Of a stretch of DNA of 64,000 nt, positions 12,170 to 25,384 are shown one piece after another. Both the position numbers and the translations under genes were made by a program. Origin of the DNA: Lama glama (lineage: Eukaryota); contig CM052832.1 in NCBI GenBank assembly GCA_028534125.1, positions 21,702,001 through 21,766,000 on the forward strand, in the 5' to 3' direction. Each line of letters begins with the position of its first letter. The first letter of the stretch is position 1. The notes beneath the pieces are model-generated. The model saw nothing but the letters and a program-made list of their open reading frames with translations, was not told the origin of the DNA and made no database searches.

Positions 12170-12390
12170 ATCATCTCTTGGACACTTATTCCAAGCCCAA
12201 TCCCGAGTCCTGTGCATACATTTCTTCATCTGATTCCCACAACTCAGTGAAGTTAGTTCTGTCATTATCCTCATTTTACAGACAGATAACTGAGAACAGA
12301 GATGTTAAATAACTTATCCAAAGTCACACAGATTCAGCAAACAGGAGGAACAGCGATTCATCTGTCTGTGGAAGTCAAGTCCTTAATTGT
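12170..12390 (-). mobile_element. MIR SINE
   Basis: 'cattatcctcattttacagacagataactgagaacagagatgttaaataacttatccaaagtcacacag'. Confidence 0.85.
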
Positions 12391-13394
12391 TATACATTCT
12401 ACATATAACAGAGAGAAGCAGTACAGATAAGTGCAACTATTACACAACTAAAAATCATACAATGAGGCAAATACACTTTTTAAAATTTACATTATTTCCA
12501 CTCCATCGCCCAGTCGGGTCCTCCTTGATCAAACAATCCAGCCTTAACACTTCCTGTAACATATCCCTGACTCTTTATCATAATTATTGAAAAACAGTGG
12601 CTAATGGCATGAGATCTAAATTGAATATGCCAACAACCATTTAGTTATATGGTGGGGAGACAGGTGCACTGCACCCTATTATTCTTTTGCTCTGAGGCAA
12701 GCAAAGGACCAGCAAATACCTCCTGGATGTGGGATATAAACTGCATGCGGTGCAGGTACTGGAATGAATCAAAATTATCTTACTGACTCCAGTCAAAATC
12801 CTGAAGAATTTAGTATCTTATTGAAACGTTCTAATGCGCTTCTTTTGTGATGCCAAGTCAAAAGATGTCAACTATTAAAAATGAGGCTGCACAGGGAACC
12901 GCATACTTGGGATCATTCCAGACCCACCGACTGGGTAATGCTATTCTGCTTTCAACAGCTGTTTCCCCTTACCTGAGGTGAGGCAGGTGCAGGACAAAAG
13001 AAGCAAACGACTCTGCACCTGCTCCCTCAGTCCCCACTCAGGTAAATCAGGAAGCCTGACCTCTGTGAGCCCGCCACCAGGAGCAGATGTGCAGTGGAGA
13101 CCAGGAGGTTCTCATCCACTTGACTCTACCCCAGTTGAATTCATTTAATTTAACCAATCTGATCAGGCTCCACTGACAGATGCTTGAGACAACTGCTTCC
13201 TGAAGGTTTGGTTTATCTAGAAAGATCCTCTCAGAAAATACTGGAACAAAATCTGAGCAGGTCAAGGTACAAGTGGACACTGAGTATGAGGTAAATGAAC
13301 ACTCCTATAAAGAACCAGTTTTAAAGTAAGAACTGCTTCATTAATTCTGGAGGTTTGTGCAGATAAAGAAGGGTTATAAGCATGTATTTCACTT

Positions 13395-13930
13395 TAACAT
13401 TTTATTACAGGAAATTTCAAACATATACACAAGTAGATGGTCAGTATAATGAATCCTCATGTCCTCAACAGTTTCAAAAAATATGACCCATGCAGCCCAG
13501 AGCCACCTGTCCATACTTGGCCCCCTTCAGTCCTCCCCAGAGATTTTTGATGCAAATTACAGATACGTCACTTTATCTATAAATATTTCATTATTACCAA
13601 ACCTAAAAAAAATCTTAAAAATTTAAAAAGTCATCAGTATTCAATTTTATAGTGGTTCATTTTGAACAACAGTTTGTTGGAGTAAGAATCTGCATACACT
13701 CCACACACACTACAATTTTCTTTTAAAATCCTTCAATCTATTCGGTTCCCCTTCCATCTCTTTTCCTACCACTCCACCTTCTTTGTCACAGAAACTGTGT
13801 CTTTGACCTGTTAAGTTCCTCAGCCTGGATTTTATTGGCTGCACCCCTGAAGTGCAGTTTAGCATGTCCCCATGTATTCTGCATTACTTTAATCAAATTC
13901 GAGTGCAACTTTTTGGTAAGGCTTCCTCGG
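13395..13930 (-). mobile_element. Old L1 (L1MC4/5-like) 3' end
   Basis: 'tttttattacaggaaatttcaaacatatacacaagtaga...agtataatgaatcctcatgt', 'tttttgatgcaaattacagata...tctataaatatttca'. Confidence 0.65.
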
Positions 13931-14529
13931 GGGTGGTGATGTGGAAACATTAATTTTAACAGAGGTACACAATAAGCAAAAGTCACGAAAGTGCTAAAGA
14001 GAGGAAAGACACAAAACAAGAGCAACTCTAAGGGTGCTACAACCTTGGAGTCGCAAAGAAAATCTCTGGAAATTAGACTAAATTTAAAAAAGAAAAATAG
14101 ACAACCATCGGGGGAGGAAAAAAAAAAGCAGACGAGCCCTGTATGCATGTAAGAAAGGAGCAGGATGGGCAGCAGAGGGTGAAATGGCACAGGAGTGGAG
14201 GATGACTGACAAAACCACTGAGCATCACCTCCAGAGATCCGACCACCACAGGAGGTGTCATTAACTTGCAGGAAGGACAGGCTGCAGCACGCCCAGGGTC
14301 CTGCTGCTAGTAACTGATCCTGCCACAGCTCAAGCCAAAGCCTTCCAAGCCCCGAGTGGCGCGGCTCGAGGTCACTAGTGCTGGAGATGGTAAGGAGGTA
14401 AGGAGAGGACGGATGGAGGCTCTGGACCAGCATTACACCTCATTTCGTTACTGTAGAAAAATTCCTTCCAACCTTCAAAAAGAAGAAGATATCCTTTCTA
14501 TAGCCCATTGTGGGGCCAAGCCAAGTCCT

Positions 14530-14745
14530 GGGTAAGGTATGGGTTCTCCAGCCAGAATCTCTAGGTTTAAAGCCTGACCCTGCCACCTTTTATCTTTGAG
14601 AGCAAGGACAAATTTCTCTGGATCTATTTCCTCATCTGCAACATGAGATAAAAATAGCACCTTCTTCTTTTGTGAGGACTAAACAAAGGTAATAGAAACA
14701 AAGCACTTAGAAGAGTAACAGGAATACCTTAACTGTACTATTCAA
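14530..14745 (+). mobile_element. MIR SINE
   Basis: 'ctaggtttaaagcctg...tttcctcatctgcaacatgagataaaaatagcacct...tgtgaggactaaa...aaagcacttag'. Confidence 0.75.
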
Positions 14746-14900
14746 TAATATTATCTTATCACTGTTATAATTGTTACATTGAATAATTACTCCCGAAAGT
14801 TGACTGCGTTTTAAGAAGTTATTATTTAAAGGTATCATTGGTCACCAGTAAGAATTACAAAGGTACTTCTTGTCTGATGCCTTTGCCTACAACCTGAAAA

Positions 14901-15075
14901 CAGTGTTTCACAAACAATTTGACATGAACTACCCGAGGTACTTGTTAAAAAGACAAATGACATGAACCCCATTCAGAAACACTGAGGCAAAATCTCCAGG
15001 AGAGGAGTGTAGGAAACATATTTCGAACCAACACTCCAGGTAATTCTTATTTTAAACAATGTTAAAGAAACACTG
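14901..15075. mobile_element. MER5-family (hAT-Charlie) element
   Basis: 'cagtgtttcacaaac...cttgttaaaaagacaaat...actgaggcaaaatctccagg...ccaggtaattcttat...aaacactg'. Confidence 0.65.
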
Positions 15076-15599
15076 GAGAGCTCAGGAGAGAAAAATTTGG
15101 ATGTCACCAGAAGGTTCGAATAACAACTACAATTTCCATCAGATAATTTGACATTACAAGGGACGTGAATAGAAAAATGAGATTTTTTTTTCAATACTCT
15201 TTCATTTTTGAAAATATATCAAATTACCGACTGCACACTTTCTTCCACTTAAATTGCTAAGCACTTTTTTTTCCTCACAACTGTTTTACAGTGTTCAAAT
15301 CGGGGCACCAACGATTTTATCACTAGAGAAGGAGTTCTTGAGAAAGGAAAGCTCCCATAAACACCATTTGTACATCTTGCTTTGAGCCTGCAAATTGATA
15401 ATTAAGCAATAAGAAACATCAAGATGTAGCTTAAAGCTCTAGTTATTAAGATACATGGTGAGTACATTGTAAAACATAAGGCTGTAACTGCCCAAGGCCA
15501 GTGGTAACAGCCCCATAAAATATGCAGTTGTCTTCCGCTACTGCGTGACTATATTCAAAGCTCAGAATTATTTTTTTCCTTTATATCATTAACTAGAGT

Positions 15600-16540
15600 T
15601 TTTTATTTGATGCAAAATTTAAATAAAATGAAATGCACAGATCTTGAGTGACTTTTGACAAATGTATACAGCTGTGTAACTCAAGCTGCTTTCCAGATAC
15701 CATCAACACTCTTCTAGAAAGCCATCCCCAGGCACCTAATCAATCTCTACCACCTCCTCCGCTACCACATCCCAGAGGCGACAAATACACTGCACATTTT
15801 CCCACTAGAGATTAGTTCTGCCTGTTCTAGAGATTCATGTGAATGGAAACATACTGTGTGTATTTTTTGTGTAATGCTTCTTTTTCACTTCACATGTTTT
15901 GAGGTAAATCCGGTTTTGCTTCTATCTTGTTCCTTTTAATTGCTAAATAATATTCCATTGTGTGAATAAACTACATTTTATTTATTCATATTTCTATTGA
16001 TGGACACATGGGATGTTTCCAAGGTTCTGGCTATTGGGAACAAAATGGTTATAAACATTTCTGTATAAATCTTTTCTGACTATATGGTTTCCTTTCTCTT
16101 CAGTAAATGAATAGAATATCTGGGTCATTAGACAAGTGTACACTTATTTTTATAAGAAACTGTAAGATCTTTTCCAAAGTGGTCAGAAACTGCAATTCCC
16201 AACAACAATGTATGAAAATTCCAGTCACTCCACATCCTTGCCAACATTTTGGTGTTGGCAATCTTTTAAATTTTAGGATTATACCAAATGTGCAGCAGTA
16301 TCTTACTGTAAGTTGAATGCACTTCCCTGGTGACTCATTGTATTGAGCACTTCTGTAAGTACTTAAAGGTCACTTGCTCGTCTTCTTTTGTGAAGTATCT
16401 GCTCAAAGCTTTTGCCCATTTAGAAATTCTGTTGTCAAAAAAATTCAGTTGTCTTCATATTACTGAGTTTTAAGAATTCTTGTATCCTGGATATTAATCC
16501 TTTGCCAAATAAATGTATTATGAATATTTTCTCTCAGTCT
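15600..16540 (-). mobile_element. Old L1 (L1MD/ME-class) 3'UTR and ORF2 end
   Basis: 'taaaatgaaatgcacagatcttgagtg...tttgacaaatgtataca', 'ttttaattgctaaataatattccattgtgtgaata', 'caattcccaacaacaatgtatgaaaattccagt'. Confidence 0.85.
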
Positions 16541-16544
16541 TATT

Positions 16545-18258
16545 GTTTTAACTCTTTTTATGTATGGTGTGAGGCAGGGAGTCTAACTTCATTCTTCTAC
16601 ATGTGGAAATCCAGTTGTCTGAGTACCATCTGTAAAGATACTAATTCTTTCCCTATTGAATGGTCTTGGTACCCTTGTCAAAAATCAGCTTGCCAGGTAT
16701 GGGTTTATTTTCAGACTCCCAGTTCTATTCTATTGATCTAGATGTCTATTCCTGTGCAAGTAAGTACCACACTGGTTTTTCTGTTTTGTTTTTTACTTTT
16801 TTCTTTTTTATTTATTTATGTATTTATTTTATAATATATTTTAAAAATGAAAGTATAGTTGATGTACAATATTATATGTTATAGGTATACAATATAGTAA
16901 TTCACAATTTTTTAGTTATACTCTATTTATAGTTATCATAAAATATTGGCTATCTTCCTCCCCTCAACATAAATAAGTACCACACTCTTTTGATCAAACA
17001 CTGAAGCTCTATAGTAATTTTTGCAGTTGGGAAGTGTGAGTATTCCAACTCTGTTCTTTTGAAAATTGCTTTAGCTGTTCAGGGCCTCTTGGAATTTCAC
17101 GTGAATTTAAGGATTAGCTTTTCTCTTTCTGCAAAAAAAGGCTGCTAGAATAGTGATAAGAATTGTACTGCATCTGTAGATTGCTCTGCATAATACTAAC
17201 ATCTTTGCAATATTAAGTCATTATATCCATGAACATAAACGTTTTCCCATTTATTTAGGGCTCATTTAATTTTTTTCAGTAACGCTTTGCAGTTTTCACT
17301 GTATAATTTTCTACTTCCTTCATTAAATTTTTTACTTTCTTCATTAAATTTATTCCTAAGTGTTTATTCTTTAAGATGCTACTGTAAATTAACTGCTTTC
17401 TTAATTTCATTTTTGGACTGTTCATTGCTACTGCATAGAAAAACAACTGGTTTTTGTGTGTTGATCTTGTAACCTACAGCTTTGCTAAATTCATTTCTCA
17501 GCTTTAGTTGCTTTCTTCTAGATTCATTGGTATAATCTGTGTACAGGGTCACATAATCTATGTATAGGGTCACAACATCTGTGAGGAGAGAAAATTTTAT
17601 TTCTTCCTTTCCAATTTTAATGCATGTTACTTCTGTAATTGCTCTTGCTAGCACTTCCGGTACAATGTTAAATATCTGCAGCAGAAGCAAGTTCCTGATC
17701 TTAGGGGGAAAGCTTTCACTCTTCCACCACTGAGCATCATGTTAGTTGAGGGCCTAACATAAACACCCTTTGTCGTGTTAAGGAAGTTCCCCTCAACTAT
17801 TAGAATTCTTTTTAGTGTTTTTGACCAAAATAAGGTGTTCGGTTTTGTCAAATGCCTTTTCTGTGTCGTCTGAGATTGGTATGTTCTTTCCCTTACATTA
17901 GTTAATACGGTGTATGTCACTGATCAGTTTTCTGTGTTTAACTTCCCTTGCGCTCCTGAGATGAATTCCACTTGGTGGTGGTACACAATCCCTTCAGTGT
18001 GCTGTGGGGCTTAACCTGCTAGTACTTTTGCTGAGGATTTTTGTACCTGTATTCGTTAGTGATATTGGTCTGTAATTTTTTTTCTCCTAATTGCTTTTCC
18101 TAGCTTTGTTATCAGGGTAATACTGCTGGTCTCAGAAAATGAGTTAGGAAAAGTTCTCACTTCTATTTTTGAAATAACTTGAGAAGAATTAGTGTTAATT
18201 TTTCTTTAAATGTTTGGTAGAATTCTCCAGCGAAGCTATCTGGTCCTGGACTTTTCCT
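16545..18258 (-). mobile_element. Decayed L1 ORF2 segment including the RT region
   Basis: ORF track gives L1 ORF2-like peptides: 17379..17690 'IKIGKEEIKFSLLTD..FSKAVGYKINTQKPVVFL..NEQSKNEIKK' and 17648..17920 'EGNFLNTTKGVY..VKAFPLRSGT'. Multiple frameshifts and stops. Confidence 0.92.
16774..16973 (-). mobile_element. Short younger L1 3' end nested in the older L1
   Basis: T-rich tail, then 'gaaagtatagttgatgtacaatattatatgttataggtatacaatatagtaattcacaattttt'. Flanked by the direct repeat taagtaccacact (16761-16773 and 16974-16986). Confidence 0.85.
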
Positions 18259-18299
18259 AACAATTATAATTTTTCAGTAAAGCACTTTGAAATATTTCC

Positions 18300-18497
18300 T
18301 CCTATCAAGTTATTATAAAACTTATACAGAAAAAGTTGAAATAATTTTACAATGAACTCCATATAAGCACCACTGAAATTCTGTGATAAGCATTTTACCA
18401 CACTTGCTTTACTGCATAGCTACCCGCCTTTTTTTTTTTTTAATGCATTTCAACATAAGATCTAGACATCAGTACACTTTATTTCAAATACTTCAGC
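18300..18497 (-). mobile_element. Old L1 3' fragment
   Basis: 'atacagaaaaagttgaaaataatt...aatgaactccatata', 'agacatcagtacacttta...aaatacttcagca'. Confidence 0.55.
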
Positions 18498-18612
18498 AGG
18501 CACATGTGGCTATTTATTTTTAAATAAATTAAAATTAAATAAATAAAAACATTGCTTAGTTGTATTAGCCACATGTCAGTGTTGAATAGCCACTTGCGGG
18601 GGGCGGCTACGG
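18498..18612. mobile_element. MER3/MER33-like hAT-Charlie fragment
   Basis: 'cacatgtggctattta...aattaaaattaaataaa...ttagccacatgtcagtgttgaatagccac...ggctac'. Confidence 0.75.
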
Positions 18613-18644
18613 AATCATGGCAGGACCTTCCCGGCATATTCAGC

Positions 18645-18730
18645 TTCTTTCAAAGGGACGGAATTACACAAGGCTCATACAGCAAGAGGGTGAGAATCTT
18701 GGAGACCATATTTCAGTTCTGCCTACCACA
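18645..18730 (-). mobile_element. MLT1 LTR 5' terminal fragment
   Basis: Reverse complement begins 'tgtggtaggcagaactgaaatatggtctccaagattctcaccctc', the usual MLT1 start. Confidence 0.6.
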
Positions 18731-19319
18731 TGTGGCAAAGGGGCAGCTGCCTGGAATTAGCCATCCTTGTCTTGACTAAAATGCAACTGGGAAAATAATG
18801 CAGGCAGAGGTGAGAAGAGGCTCATGCCTATAACTCAAATCCAGTATCTTACTGCTCCATTGCCCAGCCAGCCACCCACTGAGAAATGGGTTTTGTTATC
18901 CTTCAATATGAATTTGCGAAGACCCTTTGGGAAGAATTACAGGTGGGGCCCTGTGCCCTTCTGCCAAAACTCATGATGATGCTTGAAGCATCTAATTTCA
19001 TCTGTACCTCAAAATGACTAGAGACTTCTCTCTTACAAAGGATGAGCAAAGAAAACACAGAACAAAAATTTTAGTAGCAAAACAGAAAAAAAAAATCGAA
19101 GTGCCAAAGAGAGACAAATTTCCATCAATAAACCATCAATGTAAAGTGTAAACAGAAGAATTTTTTTGCCAGTTTTTCAAACTCGTTCTTAACACAAAGG
19201 GACACTGACTTCAGAAATCAGAGGAAGCCATTATGGAAACAGAATACATCACAGTAAGTAAAGACCGAATGAGAGAGAAAAAGTGGTGAGGAAAATCAGA
19301 AACTACCCTGGGTGTTTTC

Positions 19320-19685
19320 TCACAGAAGTCTGCGTGTGAATGTCTACGGTGGCCTTATTCACAACTGCCAACATTTGGAAACAATCTAAAGGCACTTCAA
19401 CTGGTGAGCCCATGAACAAATTGTGGTACATTCATACAACAGAATAATACTCAGCAATACAAAGGAATAAACACGCAACAATATGGATGAGCCTCAAATA
19501 CATTACATTAAGTGAAAGAAGCTGGACTTTCTGGGAGAGACAAAACTAAAGGGACAGAAAACAAATTTGTGGTTGCCAGGGTTGGCAGTGAGAAGAGGGT
19601 TTGACTACAAAGGGACAAGGAGGACATTTCTGTGAGTGGTACAACTGTGCAGTATCTTGACTGCAGTGGCAGTGACAGTTCCCAA
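19320..19685 (+). mobile_element. L1ME-class 3' fragment
   Basis: 'ttggaaacaatctaaa...aacaaattgtggtacattcatacaacagaataatactcagcaata', 'gtggttgccagggttgg...ttgactacaaaggg...gtatcttgactg'. Confidence 0.85.
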
Positions 19686-19904
19686 ACAGAATCTATCAAT
19701 ATTGTTGATAAATCATCAATTTCATCAAAATGTCTACTGTGGAGGCAGAAATAGGAGATTTGAGCTTGCATAAAAATAAATTAATAAGGACCGACTTAAG
19801 AAATAAAATCATGACAAACAAATAATAGCAACATGCTAGCTGATAAGAAAAATATTTCATAAAGAGCCATTTCTGGAATAAGCAGAGTTCAAAGACAAAG
19901 ACAG

Positions 19905-20160
19905 AAATAATATGGTTGTTTACCTAGAAATCCCAGAAGAATCAACTAAAAAGCTACAGGATTAATAATTAATAAGAAATTTCAATCACATATCTGGATA
20001 AAGATAGCCAAATCAATAGCTTGCCCACCTATAAGTGATAAAGTTAGAAAATATTACCCAAAAAAGGGAGTCCATTTAACAAGAAAAGTCAGCTAAAAAT
20101 AAATTCTTAATAAGAAATGTATAGAATAAAGAATAAAAAATGAAGGTTTATAGAGTTATA
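19905..20160 (+). mobile_element. Highly decayed L1 ORF2 fragment
   Basis: 'atatggttgtttacctagaaatcccagaagaatcaactaaaaagctac...aaatcaatagc'. Confidence 0.65.
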
Positions 20161-20242
20161 TATCAAATACACAGAATATATGATTATCGACATATACGGT
20201 AAAGAAGAAATCACACACCAGTGGAGACAGGAAGGTCTTTTT

Positions 20243-20432
20243 TCAGTGATTCTTGACAGACAGTCCTAGACCAGCAGCATCATTATCATCTTGGAACTTG
20301 AAAGACATGCAAACACTCGAGCTCTACTCCAGACCCACTGAATCATAAACTCTGGGAAGGCGGCCCAGCAATCTGCGTTTTCAACAAGCCCCTCCAGGTG
20401 ACTGTGATGTTCCTTAAAGTTTGAAAATCAAG
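20243..20432. mobile_element. MER5A
   Basis: 'cagtgattct...gaccagcagcatca...ggaacttg..a.atgcaaa...ccagacccactgaatca.aaactctggg...cccagcaatctg...aacaagccctccaggtga...aaagtttgaaaatca'. Confidence 0.9.
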
Positions 20433-21809
20433 ATGGTTTGGGATCACACCTGGAGACTCACTAGTCTATTTAATGAATAGTGTTGGGATAAAGACTTAGT
20501 TATACAGAAGGACATCGTGTTAAACCCTCATTATTTACATGTATATAATTTGTTTCAGGACACACACACACAACATGCCAGATGGGTAAAGAGTAGTTAA
20601 GGAAGATGCCTGGATAACTTCCACAGTCTTCAGAGAGCTGGTGGTCCCTTGCCAAGGAAGTCCCCAAACCCATCCAGCCAAGGCCTCTGTGGATGCTCTC
20701 CCACCTGCTGAGTTGCTCAGGTATGCAGGAACTGATAATACGAAATTTTATAATCTATTTTAAGCCTTATAGGAACTTATTTAGCAACCTTCTCCCCTTA
20801 TAACATGTAACTCAACAATCTGACTTTCAGATAACTGACTTTCAAATACGTTTTCAAACCCACATTATATACAAATTCAGATGGCTTTATGTACACCATA
20901 TAAGACAGAGCTCACAGAGAAATATATAAACAACAAATACCAGTTTATGATACATTATAGAGTCTTGGTTTTATGTTAAAATATTGTAAAAATTTAAAGA
21001 ATTTAGTTTCTTTGAATGGTTAAAAAAACAACAACATAAAATATGTAGAAGTGCTCACTATGACCTGACATCCCCATTCTAAGTATTCTGGAGCCCTTGG
21101 CAAACTTCATGTTGATGCATAAGGAAATTATTTACAAAAACTCCAATATAATAAAATATCCCCTAGTGCTTCTCTGCATGTGATGTCAAAGACATAGAAT
21201 TTATTTCTAAAGATAAAAAAATAATTCAACTATGAAAGTCACAACCTCTGAGGAAATTAAAACTACTATCTTGGTGAACCAAACACTGGAAAGCAACGGC
21301 AAGAACACAGCGGCCAACCCTGCTCATAACAGCTGGAGGGGGCTGAAACGGAGGAAGACAAGAGGCACAGATTTAAAACACAGTAAAAGAGAAAATGAGG
21401 TAGGGCTGGGAATAGAGAGATGATAATCAGTATCACAATTTTGTACTGTAACTGAGAACTGGACAGTCAGGGTAAAATTTTTAACTGATTGCGAAGAAAG
21501 GGCTCTGTTTGAAAAAATGTGATCTGTTTCTTGGTCTGGGTAGGCTGGATTCTTTCACTAAATATCACTCTAGGATGCGGGCAGCAAATCGCTGGGATCG
21601 CTGCGTGAAAGAGGAAGCAAAGCAGGGAGTCAGGGATGACTTTCGGAACCAGAGGGTAAGAACAGTCAGAGGAGGACAGGAGCAAAAAGTCTAGAAATCC
21701 AGCATGGATATGAAAGAATTTGCTGATAAAAAGGAGAATAAAGTTTAAATTAGTTTCAAAACACCAGGCAGAGACAACAGTAAGCCTGACCCGGGACAAA
21801 TATTTTTGG

Positions 21810-21965
21810 TTTTTGTATGAATCTTTGAATTTCAGGCTCTTCATCTATAAAAGCAGGAATAATGACTTCCAACAACAACAAAAAAAGTTGTTTTGAAGAT
21901 TAAATGACATAAAAACTGTTCAGGTGCCTTGTATATAATAGGCAGGAAACATTATTTACTGAGTT
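21810..21965 (+). mobile_element. MIR SINE
   Basis: 'tctttgaatttcagg..cttcatctataaaa...gttgttttgaagattaaatga...gtgccttgtatataatagg'. Confidence 0.7.
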
Positions 21966-22559
21966 ATTTTTGGTAAAGCATATGTGAGTTGTTTTAAATC
22001 CGAGAGGGATATTCTGTTGCTCTTAACTCACAGTACCAATACTTTAAAACCAGGTGCAGATGCTCACTGCACCTCCCAGCCACTGCCAAAGGGTTCTCTG
22101 CCCCTTTTGGGGAGCGTGGTTTTGCCTGTGGTATGAGCAGCTTTCTGGGTCCATGAAAAAGGGATGACATCCTACCTGAACATCAGCCTTAAGACTGTGA
22201 AGGTACTCCTCTCTGCTCTTAGTACTGGAACAGTCTCTAATGGGAGAGATTCATTTAAAAACAGAGGGCTGATAAAACTGGCTTTAAAGATTCATTGACT
22301 TAACACTTGAAGGAGCCCGGGACAAGAGTGTAGAGCGGATATATGTGGGAATGAGGGCAGGGTATGTTAGCCTAGAAAGGGCTGCTGGAGATCCAAGTCC
22401 GTGACGGAATGGGGGAAGCTAATTAGGTGACAGATAAGAAGGGCGTTCTATCTCACTGTTCTTGGTGACCTTCTACAGTATGGGTCCCCATACCTTGCCA
22501 CTGGCAAAATTTTACTTAGAACCTACGCGTACAAGACAGTACATGGGAATAGTCCAGTA

Positions 22560-22920
22560 AGGGTGACAAGACATAACACAAATAACTACAATGCACAGTG
22601 GAAAAAGCAAGATATTATTAAATAACACGATAGTGTTGAGGAGGGAGAAATTGTTTCTGGTCAGAGAAATCACCTCAACGTCCAAAATCAATGTGGCAAT
22701 TTTGAGCCCGACCTGAAGGAAGGAAGGAAGGAAGGAAAGCAGGTCAGCAAAGATGCATCATCCTGGTGGGAAAGCTTGAAACACACGTGGAAAAGTCGAA
22801 GTAGGTGAGCTTGACTGGAGCCGTGGGAAGTGGGGTGGTTAGGCCTAAGGCTGGAAACAGAGACCACAAGTGGCCTAAATTTCCAGGCTAAGGAGCTAGG
22901 ATTATAGCCATACAAAGCCA
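22560..22920 (-). mobile_element. L2 fragment with a (GAAG)n run
   Basis: 'taactacaatgca', 'ttttgagcccgacctgaagga', 'ttgactggagc', 'ccaggctaaggagctaggatt'. Confidence 0.55.
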
Positions 22921-25384
22921 AACACAGACACTTCAAACATTCACGGGCTGAGTCAACACAGGATAAGTACGCGATGCTGCTTCTAAGAGAAGGAGGGCTC
23001 AATTAAGAGTGACCCCGACACACACGTTCAGAATGAGAGCGGAGCTCCGAGCTCCGAGCTCTGCGTGGATGAGTAACAGTGATAAATGCACACAGAACCA
23101 ACTGAGGGTCACAAACAGGTTCTCTGAGTTCACACTGCACTCAGCTGAGGCAGCAGAGTCAGGGCCAGCCAGAGAAACACAGGGTGAGTCACTAGAAAAT
23201 CAATGACAGGTTCCGCCCGAGGGCAGTGAGCTCAGGGCAGCCTGTGTTAACAGCCAGACAGGTACATTTCAGTCCCGGTCAGCTCAGGGGGACACCCGAT
23301 GAGTCTGTGATGGTGGGAACAGGACAGCAATTCTACACAATGGAAGATCTTTAAAACTCCCAGGACACTCGCCCTATATTTAACTAAAATTTCTTTCAAT
23401 CTGTCAGGTCTTAGACGGCACGAGTTTGTATACGACACGGACAAATCTGTCAGGGTCAGGTCCGGATGCCCTACCCCTCAGAAGCAAGCAGTAGTGTCCA
23501 TCCTCCTCATCTGTGCTGTAACATCTGTACACAAGGTTTACCCTTCTTTTCTGCCCCAAGTGGGAGGATCTCTGCTGCTTAAAATTGCAGTGACTTCTAA
23601 TCCCCAGTCCAGCCCTGTCCATTTAAACTACGGGTTCTTCTATGTGTTACCAGCAACCCACCAGTGTGTTCAGATCCTGAGTCAGCTTCAAAACCCCAGC
23701 AGCAGCTGGTAAAAATGGAATGCTAATTCATTACAGATGGCAAAACACTGCCTAACATTTTAATTTATTTACATTTTCAGAAATTTTGAATCTGCAGTTA
23801 GAACTGCCAAATTATTTTAACATGTAGGTTTAGCCTTTTTCAATTCAGTCTGTGCTCAATAAAAATTAATGTTTATACGTTAAAAATTCTTTCAACAAGC
23901 CCAATGAGCCCTATATTCCCACAGCTTATATTTTAAAAGCTATTTATGCTGGTGAGCCTTTTTTTTGAATTTCTTATTACAAGTCACAGGCAGGGATGGG
24001 ACAAAATTAGGCCTACATCATATCAAAATTTTTCAAATAGAACCATTATATAGAAGGATAATTTTTAGGACTTTCCACAATTGCTATGTTTAGTAATGTG
24101 ATACTAATGCATTAATAAATTCTAAGACTATTAAGTAGTTTAATAGACTTTTTTTTCATTAGTTAAGGTAATACGGACAGAAAACACATTATTAATTTTT
24201 AAAAGCCAAGTGAACAGAGAAAGGAAATACATACCCGAATTAAATGTTTATAGCGCTGCTGCCCCCTCCTGGAATCAGTCTTCCAACCCCCCAACACATC
24301 TCAGAAACAACAGTGAAGATAAAATATTTAAAATCCAAGTACTGAAACATCTTCTGAGAGCTTCTATTTTTTCCCTCTTATTCAAAGGTCTACAAAGACA
24401 TATAATCATCAGGTGATGTACAACCATCCTCCTCAAATCCCCAGTGATTCCTGGGAGCAGATGACCTTGCTACCTACTTATTATTAAAAGAGCTGGAGAA
24501 CCCTCATTTTTAAAGTCTTCAACCCTCCTCCATCACCACAAAACTTTTCCAATTTTTTTCTCCAGAACACTCCTTCTCCCTTTTGTGTCACGGTAACAAG
24601 TGTTCGTACCCTTGTGCTTCTCTAACCTTACTATCCCTTCCATCTCCTCTGAAAGCGCTCTCCCGTATTGTAAGATCCATCTCTCCAGTGAGACCAAACC
24701 TTTACTTTTACTTCCTTTTTCCTCGTCATACAGAAACACGTGTAAATAGCCTGCACTGTGAAGAGTTCCCTCCATGCAGTTTCATTATCTCCCACACCAT
24801 TTCTGTTCTTCTTTCCATAGCTGGGGGCACCAAAGGGTAGCTTTTATGGGGCTTCAACAACCTCCCCCGACCCTACTCCCAGACCCAATTATTTCCTTCT
24901 GTAACCCTATCCCAGTGCCCTTCAAGGCAGTACAAATAAACATAACTCTTAGTGAAATCAGTGTGCTTGTTTTAAAACCACAGCTTCTCAACCTGGGACT
25001 GCCATCCTTAAGCCCTTCCTACACAGAATTCTGGGCCGGGCACTGCTCCTTCATCTCCAGACCCTAGCTACTTTGACTTCCTTGCCTCCCTCGGCTACTA
25101 ATTCCACTGCAGTCCAACTTCTTCTGCAACCACTTACCCAGGGCCTCTTGAAAGTTAAGAGAAACCTGGTCACTTACATTTTTCAAGGCTCAAAGAATAT
25201 TAAAAGTTAAGCAAGGTCAAAACAGTGTTACGAGAATTGTACCAGGAAACAAAGCAATGCCATTTAAAACACCCACAGAAAAAAATACAATGACTAAGGG
25301 CCTCGGTAGATGAAAGGCTGGGTCATTGGTATACCTTGTCTAGCTTTGATGGGCGCTGCTCTAAGTGACTGGCTCTCAGCACTC

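Noticed and set aside
13786..14433. Longest ORF in the track (215 aa, minus)
   Set aside because: Leu/Phe/Cys-rich composition typical of antisense A-rich DNA, partly overlaps a decayed L1, and has no recognisable domain.
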